Below are positions 29,847-37,212 of a DNA stretch of 37,212 bases, in pieces. Below the pieces are notes generated by a model, which saw nothing but the letters and a program-made list of their open reading frames with translations, was not told the DNA's origin and did no database searches. The position numbers were made by a program, and so were the translations under genes. Source of the DNA: Candidatus Atribacter alterifermentans (GTDB lineage Bacteria; Atribacterota; Atribacteria; Atribacterales; Atribacteraceae); the NCBI GenBank assembly GCA_012517635.1, contig JAAYUP010000058.1, positions 1-37,212 on the forward strand. Reading direction: 5' to 3'. The first letter of the stretch is position 1. The number at the start of each line of letters is the position of its first letter.

Positions 29847-30122
29847 ATGGGTACTTTTTTAAAAATTGTTGGAATTATAGCCCTAGTATTTGGAATTATT
29901 ATTATTGTTTTCACGTTATTTGGAATGAGCAGATTTTTAAGTTTTCTCACTGCGTCCAACCTGCCTAATGAATCATCTACAATGATGCCTGGGACGAGTT
30001 GGAAAATAGCTGAAAATATTCATGGAGCTATTGGTGGATTAGTAATCATTATTGGTGGTGTGGCTCTTTACTGCTTGGGTGCTATTTATAACAATGTAAT
30101 GGATATGAAAACACGTTCATAA
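29847..30122 (+). CDS. Small hypothetical membrane protein (2 TM helices)
   Basis: Two hydrophobic segments; strong GAGGAGG RBS. Confidence 0.7.
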   Translation: MGTFLKIVGIIALVFGIIIIVFTLFGMSRFLSFLTASNLPNESSTMMPGTSWKIAENIHGAIGGLVIIIGGVALYCLGAIYNNVMDMKTRS

Positions 30123-30167
30123 TCGATGTATTTGGTTGACTCAATAAAAAAATAGAGGTGATAAAAA

Positions 30168-31883
30168 ATGGCAAAAAAAGTTGTCATTATTGGTGGAGTT
30201 GCTGCTGGTCCAAAAATAGCTGCGAAACTAAGAAGATTAGACCCTGAGGCGGAAATAACGATCATTGAAAAAGGTAAATTTTTATCCTATGCGGGTTGCG
30301 GTCTTCCTTATTATATTTGTGAGGACATAAAAGAACAGCGAGAATTAATGGAAACTCCGGTAGGTGTATTGCGCGATCCTGATTTTTTTGAAAAAACTAA
30401 AAATGTGAAAGTGTTTAATCGAACAGAAGCCATCAAGGTTGACCGATTAAAAAAAGAAGTTGAAATAAAAAACCACGATAATAATCAGATAAAAACCTTA
30501 CCTTATGATTACTTGGTTTTTGCTACTGGAGCAAAAGTAATGATACCACCAATAAAGGCAATAGATGTTGAGCATCCTGGCATGGAATTGGGATGTATGG
30601 ATTTATCCCATGTTTATACTCTCCATGGTATTGAAGATGCCGAGGCTATACGATGGATTATAAAAGAGAAAATGGCCAAAAAAGCGATTATCATCGGTGG
30701 TCGCTTGATTGGAATGGAAATGACCGAAAGTCTGGTAAAAAGTGGTCTATCAGTAACTGTCATAGAAATGTTACCAGAAATTCTCCCCATTCTTGATGAA
30801 GACTTGGGAATATTGGTACGACGTTATTGCCAGGAAAAAGGGGTTAATGTACGGGTAGAAGAGAAAATAATTCGACTGGAAGGAGAAGGCGGGATAGTTA
30901 AAAAAGTTGTAACAAATAAGGGTATTTACGATACCGATACCGTTATTATTGCAACCGGATTTCGTCCTAATTCCGTCTTAGCCAAAAAATCAGGTATAGA
31001 AATTGGAGAGACTGGTGGCATAAAAGTTGATTTATTTATGAGAACAAACGATCCATTTATTTATGCTGCAGGAGATTGTGTTGAGATTGAAAATTTAGTT
31101 TGTATGAAGAATGCTTATATGCCTATGGGTTCTCTTGCCAATAAACAGGGTCGAACAGTAGCTATAAACATTGCTGGTGGTCAAGAAGTGTTTCGAGGTG
31201 GATTAAATTCAGTTGTTTTTAAACTTTTCGATTATACTGTATCGCGAACCGGCTTAGGAATGAAACAAGCGAGGGATTTGGGTTTTGATGCAGAATACGC
31301 TTTAGTACCAGCTCCCGATAAAGCTCATTATTATCCTGGTGCAAAACGGGTCATTACTAAAATTATTGTTGATAAACGGAGTGGAAAAATATTAGGAGGT
31401 CAGTTTATTGGAACTGGAGATATAATGAAAAGTGTAAATACTGTTGCAACAGCTCTTTACTATGGGGGTTCCATAGAGGACTTATCGATGCTTGATATAC
31501 CCTATGCTCCTCCTTATGCTTCAGCAATTGATAATGTCTGTGTTGCGGCTAATGTTATTCGGAACAAACTGAATAGATCGATGATAGGAATTTCAGCATT
31601 TGAAGTGGAAAAGAAAAGAAAGAGAAATGAGGATTTTATCCTTTTAGATGTAAGAACGCCTAAGGAATATCAACAAGTAAGGATTCCAGGGAGCACTCTC
31701 ATTCCTCTGGGTATCCTTAAACAAAAATTAAATGAATTACCACAGGATAAAGAGATAATTGTCTTTTGTGCAGTGAGTTTAAGAGGTTATGAAGCCTCAT
31801 TAATATTGAAATCGAATGGATTTAATCATGTCAAGGTAATGGATGGTGGTTTGGCTTGCTGGCCGTATGAGTTGGAAAAATAA
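30168..31883 (+). CDS. CoA-disulfide/persulfide reductase with C-terminal rhodanese domain (CoADR-RHD/Npsr-like)
   Basis: GGVAAG FAD motif, SYAGCGLPY redox Cys, ATGA, YAAGD, YAPP, rhodanese LDVRT..EY and FCAVSLRG. Confidence 0.9.
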   Translation: MAKKVVIIGGVAAGPKIAAKLRRLDPEAEITIIEKGKFLSYAGCGLPYYICEDIKEQRELMETPVGVLRDPDFFEKTKNVKVFNRTEAIKVDRLKKEVEIKNHDNNQIKTLPYDYLVFATGAKVMIPPIKAIDVEHPGMELGCMDLSHVYTLHGIEDAEAIRWIIKEKMAKKAIIIGGRLIGMEMTESLVKSGLSVTVIEMLPEILPILDEDLGILVRRYCQEKGVNVRVEEKIIRLEGEGGIVKKVVTNKGIYDTDTVIIATGFRPNSVLAKKSGIEIGETGGIKVDLFMRTNDPFIYAAGDCVEIENLVCMKNAYMPMGSLANKQGRTVAINIAGGQEVFRGGLNSVVFKLFDYTVSRTGLGMKQARDLGFDAEYALVPAPDKAHYYPGAKRVITKIIVDKRSGKILGGQFIGTGDIMKSVNTVATALYYGGSIEDLSMLDIPYAPPYASAIDNVCVAANVIRNKLNRSMIGISAFEVEKKRKRNEDFILLDVRTPKEYQQVRIPGSTLIPLGILKQKLNELPQDKEIIVFCAVSLRGYEASLILKSNGFNHVKVMDGGLACWPYELEK

Positions 31884-32093
31884 CCTGTGGTATCTTAGCA
31901 AATCTGTCCCCTTGCTCCGAATTTTTAGTATCTAAGGGTGAGGGGAGTTTTTAATTTTTTTTGTCATTTTTTTTTCCTTGTTAAGAAATCTTAGGAATAA
32001 GAATGAAATAAATCTTAGTCGATTTTTTTAGATAGTAAAAACTGAAAGGGTAAAAAGAGAAAATGATTATTTTCAGATTCTCTCAATAAAAAT

Positions 32094-32681
32094 ATGTGGA
32101 TAAAACTGGTTACTATAACATTAGTTATAACTATTGCCTTTTTTATTGTTTTTAATTTAATTCTATCCCAACCATCAATAGAAGAGACGAAGACTTCAGA
32201 AGAGACTGAAGTAAACCCGGAAGTCCCAGAAGAACCGCCGGTTATTATAACTGGTGGTATTCTAAGAGGTTGGGAAAAAGGAATTCTTTCTTGGACGCTG
32301 GAAGCGGAAGAAATGAGGTTGAACAAACAAACATCACGTGCAAATTGCCCAAATGGTGTAAAGCTTGTTGTTTTTGACGAAAAAGGGGAGATCAAAACTA
32401 CTCTCAAAGCCAATAAGGGATATATCAACCTCGACAACAAAGACTTCCAATTAATTGATACTGTCGAAGTTCTTTCTACAAATGGGAATCGTATTGAGTC
32501 AATCGGTCTTTTATATCGTGATAGTAATAAAACCCTTGAAGGGTTTGCGCTCTCAAAAATTTTCTTCGATGATAATTACATTGAGTGCCAGAATTTTATT
32601 AGCGATCTTGATTTTGAAAATCCAGTTTTTGAAAAAGTTCAAAAGGGTAAGTTCAGTATCAGAGAAAAAAACCCCAGTTAG
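32094..32681 (+). CDS. lptC: LptC-like periplasmic beta-jellyroll protein
   Basis: N-terminal TM anchor, acidic linker, then G...W.L.A...., L.A..G.......F.L...V.V....G..I....L.Y pattern. Confidence 0.6.
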   Translation: MWIKLVTITLVITIAFFIVFNLILSQPSIEETKTSEETEVNPEVPEEPPVIITGGILRGWEKGILSWTLEAEEMRLNKQTSRANCPNGVKLVVFDEKGEIKTTLKANKGYINLDNKDFQLIDTVEVLSTNGNRIESIGLLYRDSNKTLEGFALSKIFFDDNYIECQNFISDLDFENPVFEKVQKGKFSIREKNPS

Positions 32682-32694
32682 CAGTTTTTTTGTA

Positions 32695-34074
32695 TTATTT
32701 TTTTAAATTTATAAATTCTTCAGCATGATAATAGTTGTCAGCATATTTTTCCACTTGAACTTGTTCTTTGCAAATGAGTTCCTTTAACTTATCAACGATT
32801 TCCCAAGAGTGAAGGATAAATTGGGAATTCGAAAAAAGGGTTTTATCTCCTCGATAACAATCAATGAGTATGTTTTCATAGGCTTCAGGACTATTTATTC
32901 CAAAGGTTCCTAAAGAATTAAAATTAAGGTGAACTGGAGAGGAGGATAAGCCCATACCTGGAATTTTTACTTGAATTACCAGATCAATTTTTTCCTCCGG
33001 CTGAATTTCTATGATCAATCGGTTTTCGTTTGAAGTTGTTGAATGAAAGACAATCTCAATATAAGAAATTTTTTGAGCTAACTTTTTCCCAGTAATGATC
33101 CAGAAGGGAACACCCGACCAACGTTTACTCGAAATATATAGAGGAAGACGAATGAAAGTTTCGGTTTTACTAAAAGGGTTAGAGATCTCTTGAGCGTAGC
33201 TTTGGTATTGTCCGAGAAAAACCTGTTTAGCACTGGGTAATTTTAAATTTTGAATAACTTCTATCTTTTTCTGTTGCATTGAATTCAAAAAAGAAGAACA
33301 TTCAATTTTATCTTCTTGACAGAGAGGGGGGATATCCATAGCAACCAAAGAAAGAAGCTGTAGGAGGTGGTTTTGGAAGATATCACGTATCGCTCCAGTT
33401 TCTTCATAAAATTGACCACGGGAACCAACCCCCTCCTTTTCACTAACCACAATATGAATTTCTTTAACATATCCCGCTGAGAGTAAATTTTCGATAAACC
33501 AATTCTCGGCTTTTAAAACAATAATGTTTTGAACGGTATCTTTTCCTAAGTAATGGTCGACATAAAAAATATTTCTCTCCGGGGCTAACCGACTAAAAAG
33601 CTGGTTTAAATAAATAAAGCTCTTTTTATCGAAACCAAAGGGTTTTTCAATAATAACTTTTTTTGGAATATTTGATGGGATATGCTCATTTATCCTTTCA
33701 ATCAGCCGAAGAACTCGAGTATAAATTGATGGGAGTGTTGACAAATAGAAGAGAACTTCTTGATAACTTATGAGATGATATTCAGTTAAAAAAGACATGA
33801 GGGGTTGAGGATCATCGACATCCCCTTGATAATAATCGGTTTTTTGAAAAAGACGATCTAAAACAGAGTAATCGAGGTTGGGAATTTTGTTTGAAAGAGA
33901 CTGGCGAAGAAAAGATTGGTAGGATTGTTCATCTCTAAAGCGACGGCCAATTGCCAGTATGTGAAAGTTATCAATTTTTCCTCGACGGATGAGATGGTAA
34001 AAAGCGGGAAAAATTTTTTCAGTAAATAGATTACCAGTTGCACCAAAGAAAATAAATAACTTTTCATTATTCAT
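32695..34074 (-). CDS. zwf: Glucose-6-phosphate 1-dehydrogenase
   Basis: FGATGNL, IEKPFG.D, DHYLGK..VQN, GAIRDIFQNHLLQ, ETF, RW.GVPF...TGK, EAYE. Confidence 0.93.
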   Translation of the reverse strand: MNNEKLFIFFGATGNLFTEKIFPAFYHLIRRGKIDNFHILAIGRRFRDEQSYQSFLRQSLSNKIPNLDYSVLDRLFQKTDYYQGDVDDPQPLMSFLTEYHLISYQEVLFYLSTLPSIYTRVLRLIERINEHIPSNIPKKVIIEKPFGFDKKSFIYLNQLFSRLAPERNIFYVDHYLGKDTVQNIIVLKAENWFIENLLSAGYVKEIHIVVSEKEGVGSRGQFYEETGAIRDIFQNHLLQLLSLVAMDIPPLCQEDKIECSSFLNSMQQKKIEVIQNLKLPSAKQVFLGQYQSYAQEISNPFSKTETFIRLPLYISSKRWSGVPFWIITGKKLAQKISYIEIVFHSTTSNENRLIIEIQPEEKIDLVIQVKIPGMGLSSSPVHLNFNSLGTFGINSPEAYENILIDCYRGDKTLFSNSQFILHSWEIVDKLKELICKEQVQVEKYADNYYHAEEFINLKK

Positions 34075-34696
34075 TCGAGATTGTCCTCAGAAAGGCTCGG
34101 ATTGGTGAACCATCCGCGGCTTTTATTTTTAAGGGATATCCAGAGAACCAATAGAAACCAGGATTCACATGAGATAATACTAGTCCTTCATAGATGAGAA
34201 CGTCTTTTTCTAATAATAAACGGTGAGTAGGGTGTTGGGGCTGTTCTCGTTCAATACCGAGAGAATCGATACCCACACCTTTTAAAATTTTTTTAGAAAG
34301 AAAACGTGCTCCTGATTCACCAAGAAAAACAAATTTTTTTGGATGAAGGTGTTGAAATGAATTATCGGTTTTTAATAATAGAAAGTCGACAGTTGTTATT
34401 TGGGTTTCATAGGGGAGAAGGTGTTCGGCCTCGATTTTTTCCAAATTTGAAAGTTCTAATACGAAAGCCTTTCCTTCAAAATGGTGTAAAGGAAAGAGAT
34501 CAATCGTTTTTCCTTGGGGAAGCATATGAAAGGGTGCATCAACATGAGTGCCGGTATGGTACAAGATAGATAGCCGCGATTCATTCGAACCTTGATCGAT
34601 GGTATTGGTAACTTCGATAACTGGTTTTCTCTCTATTATCCCTTTATAGGTAGGCATTTCTGGTGATATGACCATCGAAATATCGATTATGTCCAC
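34067..34696 (-). CDS. Cyclase-family (KynB/kynurenine formamidase-like) metal hydrolase
   Basis: HTGTHVDAPFH, GVGID, H..LL, PLKI..ADGSP.RA. Confidence 0.9.
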   Translation of the reverse strand: MDIIDISMVISPEMPTYKGIIERKPVIEVTNTIDQGSNESRLSILYHTGTHVDAPFHMLPQGKTIDLFPLHHFEGKAFVLELSNLEKIEAEHLLPYETQITTVDFLLLKTDNSFQHLHPKKFVFLGESGARFLSKKILKGVGIDSLGIEREQPQHPTHRLLLEKDVLIYEGLVLSHVNPGFYWFSGYPLKIKAADGSPIRAFLRTISNE

Positions 34697-34759
34697 AGAA
34701 CGTTTCCTCCTTTTTAAAACTGATAAATGTTATTTTTTCTAAATTATTTTAATTAAGGC

Positions 34760-35521
34760 TCAATCAGCGTATATCATTTTTATCGTCATGCCCCCATCTA
34801 CAATAAGATTTGCTCCAGTTATAAAACTGGCTTCGGAAGAAGAAAGAAATAAGCAAGCATGAGCGATGTCTTCTGGTATACCAACTCTTCCAGCTGGATG
34901 TTGTTGATGGTCAATGGTCCTTAAAATTGGAGTTTCTTCCTGACTTTTCTTTTTCCAATCTCTAGTTTCGATCCAACCGGGGCTAATGGAATTTACCCGA
35001 ACTTTTTTTGAAGCTAGTGATATGGCTAAGGCGTGTGTGAGGGCAATCACTCCTCCTTTTGAAGCAGAGTAGGCTTCAGTGTTTGGTTCAGACATAAAAG
35101 CTCGAGTCGAAGCCATATTAATGATAACTGAACCAGGAAATAAATACGAAAGGCAGAAATGGACCATTAAATAGATACTTTTTAAATTGACGTTTAATAC
35201 CCGATCCCAATCATCAGGTTTAAGCTCCTCGATTGGTTTATTATTTGAAATCCCAGCATTATTAATTAATATGTCAATAGAGTGACGCTTTTGGGCTAAA
35301 AGACTCACTGAATTTTTTATGTTTTCGGGATTGGATACATCACATTGGCAAGGGAAAAAAGACTGAAAATTTTGCCATTCATTTTTACATTCTATCAGCG
35401 CTTCCTGATCAATATCCCAAGATGAGACCCAAGCTCCTTTTAAAAGAAACATTTTTGAAATTGCTTTCCCAATTCCTTGTGCACCACCGGTTACAACAAC
35501 TGTTTTATTTTTAAAATCCAT
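34760..35521 (-). CDS. Classical short-chain dehydrogenase/reductase
   Basis: TGGAQGIG, NNAG, YSASKGG, VNSISPG, GRVG.PED, VDGG. Confidence 0.93.
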   Translation of the reverse strand: MDFKNKTVVVTGGAQGIGKAISKMFLLKGAWVSSWDIDQEALIECKNEWQNFQSFFPCQCDVSNPENIKNSVSLLAQKRHSIDILINNAGISNNKPIEELKPDDWDRVLNVNLKSIYLMVHFCLSYLFPGSVIINMASTRAFMSEPNTEAYSASKGGVIALTHALAISLASKKVRVNSISPGWIETRDWKKKSQEETPILRTIDHQQHPAGRVGIPEDIAHACLFLSSSEASFITGANLIVDGGMTIKMIYAD

Positions 35522-35867
35522 TTAAATCCCCTCTTTTTTTAATAAAATTCATTGAAAATTAAAAAAAGATTTAAGTTGAATAACTTCTGATGGGAAGTTG
35601 ATACAACCGATGAACTATAATATAAACGAGCTCAATGAATTGATCAGTACCCAGATTTATTGGATCCATCACACATCCATCATTGGCTGTTTTAACCCCT
35701 TTTTCTTTTTTGGTTTTCATTTTTCTCCATTGAGTATATTACACAATATTAATCGAATATTTAAACTGTTATTCGATCGATAACAGCTTTTATGAAAGAA
35801 CTTTTTTCACCTAAGGGTATACAATCTATCATATGAAATGTATTTATTTTGAAAATTCACTTTTATC

Positions 35868-36009
35868 CTATCCTGTAAACTACAACAGGATAGCAGCCTA
35901 CGGCGTAAGATGAAAAAAATTGTAAAAGACAAAAACTGAGAGGATAGACCACTTGAGTTTTCATCCTCATCTGGTGCTGCAAAGCAGCATGAGGGTCTAT
36001 CCTGTAAAG
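35868..36009 (-). repeat. Copy 2 of the ~52-bp repeat (35958-36009) plus nested partial copies and hairpins
   Basis: CTATCCTGT/ACAGGATAG hairpin (35868-35893); AGGATAGACC/GGTCTATCCT arms (35941-36003) enclosing CCTCAT..TGCTGC-AAA-GCAGCATGAGG. Confidence 0.8.
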
Positions 36010-36023
36010 ATTGTGATAATAAG

Positions 36024-36731
36024 TCATTCAACATCTAATTTATATCCTACTCCCCGAATAGTAACTATTCTTTCACCGTGTTGACCTAATTTTTTTCTAA
36101 TATTGGCAATATACACATCGACAGTTCTATCAGTTATGAATTCGTCGGTTCCCCAAGCATAATTTAAAATTTGCTCTCGAGTGATGATTTTCCCTTTATT
36201 TTTTGCTAAAAATTCCAAGATTCGATATTCTTTCCAGGAAAGGGGAATAAGATCTTCACCAATGATGAGAGTAAGATTGTCAGCATCGAGAATAAGAGAT
36301 CCTATTTTTAAAAGAGAATGATCGGCGGTAGATTCAGATAAACGTCTTCGAAGTACTGCTTTTATGCGAGCTAATAATTCACGGGGATGGAAAGGTTTCA
36401 CTATATAATCATCTGCGCCTGTTTCCAAGCCTAACACAACGTCGATAGGATCGTCTTTTGCAGTTAAAATGATAATTGGAATTTTATTGAGTTTGGGATC
36501 TCTTTTTAAATAGCGGCAAAGTTCCATTCCATCAATTCCTGGAAGCATCAGATCTAATAAAATAAGATCTGGTTGTTGGGAAAAAATTTTATCAAGGAAG
36601 GCTTCGCCACTAAAAAAATGGCAAACTGAGTATCCCTCTTTTTCAAGGTAAAGGGTTACCATTTCTGATAAATCTTTTTCATCTTCAATATAAAAAATCA
36701 ATTTCTTAGTTTCTGACAACTCTTTCAACAA
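36024..36731 (-). CDS. OmpR/PhoB-family response regulator
   Basis: IEDE, LLDLMLPGIDG, LTAK, GADDYIVKPF, RTVDV.I..IR.KL, TIRGVGY. Confidence 0.95.
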   Translation of the reverse strand: MLKELSETKKLIFYIEDEKDLSEMVTLYLEKEGYSVCHFFSGEAFLDKIFSQQPDLILLDLMLPGIDGMELCRYLKRDPKLNKIPIIILTAKDDPIDVVLGLETGADDYIVKPFHPRELLARIKAVLRRRLSESTADHSLLKIGSLILDADNLTLIIGEDLIPLSWKEYRILEFLAKNKGKIITREQILNYAWGTDEFITDRTVDVYIANIRKKLGQHGERIVTIRGVGYKLDVE

Positions 36732-36981
36732 CCTTTCGCGGGTTTTTTACTCTTTCCAAATAGATAAATGAGTCTTTGAACATAATGTAACATTTCTTTT
36801 AGTTCTATTATTTAAATTTCAATTTGAATTAAAAAATATTTTTTCTTTGTCTTTTTTCAAACCTGTTTTATAATTTTTGTAATGAATGAATATAAATTAG
36901 CAAATTCACTCTGAAATATGAATTTATTATTACATTATTCATTACCATTTTCCATATTTTAATTTAAGTTGAGGAAAAGGA

Positions 36982-37212
36982 ATGGAAAATAAAATCAACC
37001 CCGTTAATCGATTGTATCGACTGCTTAGTCAAGTGAATCAAACTATTGTTAGAGTACGAGATCGTCAACAATTATTTGATGAAATTTGCAGAATCGCGGT
37101 TCAAGATGGAGGTTTCCGTTTAGTCTGGATCGGTTTGATTGATCAAGAAGAAAAAATAATAAGACCAGTGAGCTGGTCGGGATATGAAGACAGCTATGTA
37201 CAAAATATTTTA
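36982..37212 (+). CDS. GAF-domain signalling protein, N-terminus only (runs off the window)
   Basis: Open frame MENKINPVNRLYRLLSQVNQTIVRVRDRHQLFDEICRIAVQDGGFRLVWIG, a typical GAF start; GAGG upstream. Not in the ORF track. Confidence 0.8.
   Translation, partial: MENKINPVNRLYRLLSQVNQTIVRVRDRQQLFDEICRIAVQDGGFRLVWIGLIDQEEKIIRPVSWSGYEDSYVQNIL

Noticed and set aside
35958-36009. Hammerhead-like core in the repeat (CAGATGA...GAAA)
   Set aside because: The core should be CUGANGA, stem II is essentially absent, and the other copy differs at this position.
35598-36034. Short ORFs of 61 and 75 aa
   Set aside because: No recognisable motifs or RBS; the 75-aa one translates the repeat element.

Overview
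AT-rich, gene-dense bacterial chromosomal window. Gene content (many sugar ABC transporters, URO-D-family proteins, LptC-like protein) suggests a saccharolytic anaerobic diderm, possibly Atribacterota; that is an impression, not demonstrated. In order: (1) the end of a hydrolase/isomerase/deacetylase/dehydrogenase catabolic operon; (2) a degenerate NtrC-like regulator followed by groES-groEL with no CIRCE but with palindromic operator-like sites; (3) an FmdB zinc-ribbon gene and a gene split by one in-frame stop; (4) a DmpA-like hydrolase, a PanT-like ECF S component with a switch-like structured leader, and coaX; (5) bactofilin, a conserved unknown protein, a class-III aminotransferase, a START/SRPBCC protein and an acyl-ACP-reductase-like protein, the best candidate for an undescribed system (long-chain fatty amine/alkylamine lipid synthesis); (6) two convergent sugar ABC operons with two URO-D-family genes, a PfkB kinase and an isomerase remnant; (7) CoA-disulfide reductase-rhodanese, LptC-like, zwf, a cyclase-family hydrolase, an SDR, an orphan OmpR regulator and the start of a GAF protein. 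A ~52-bp structured repeat occurs twice, within REP-like palindrome clusters. I saw no rRNA, tRNA, CRISPR array or transposase. All calls come from reading motifs by eye; no searches were run.
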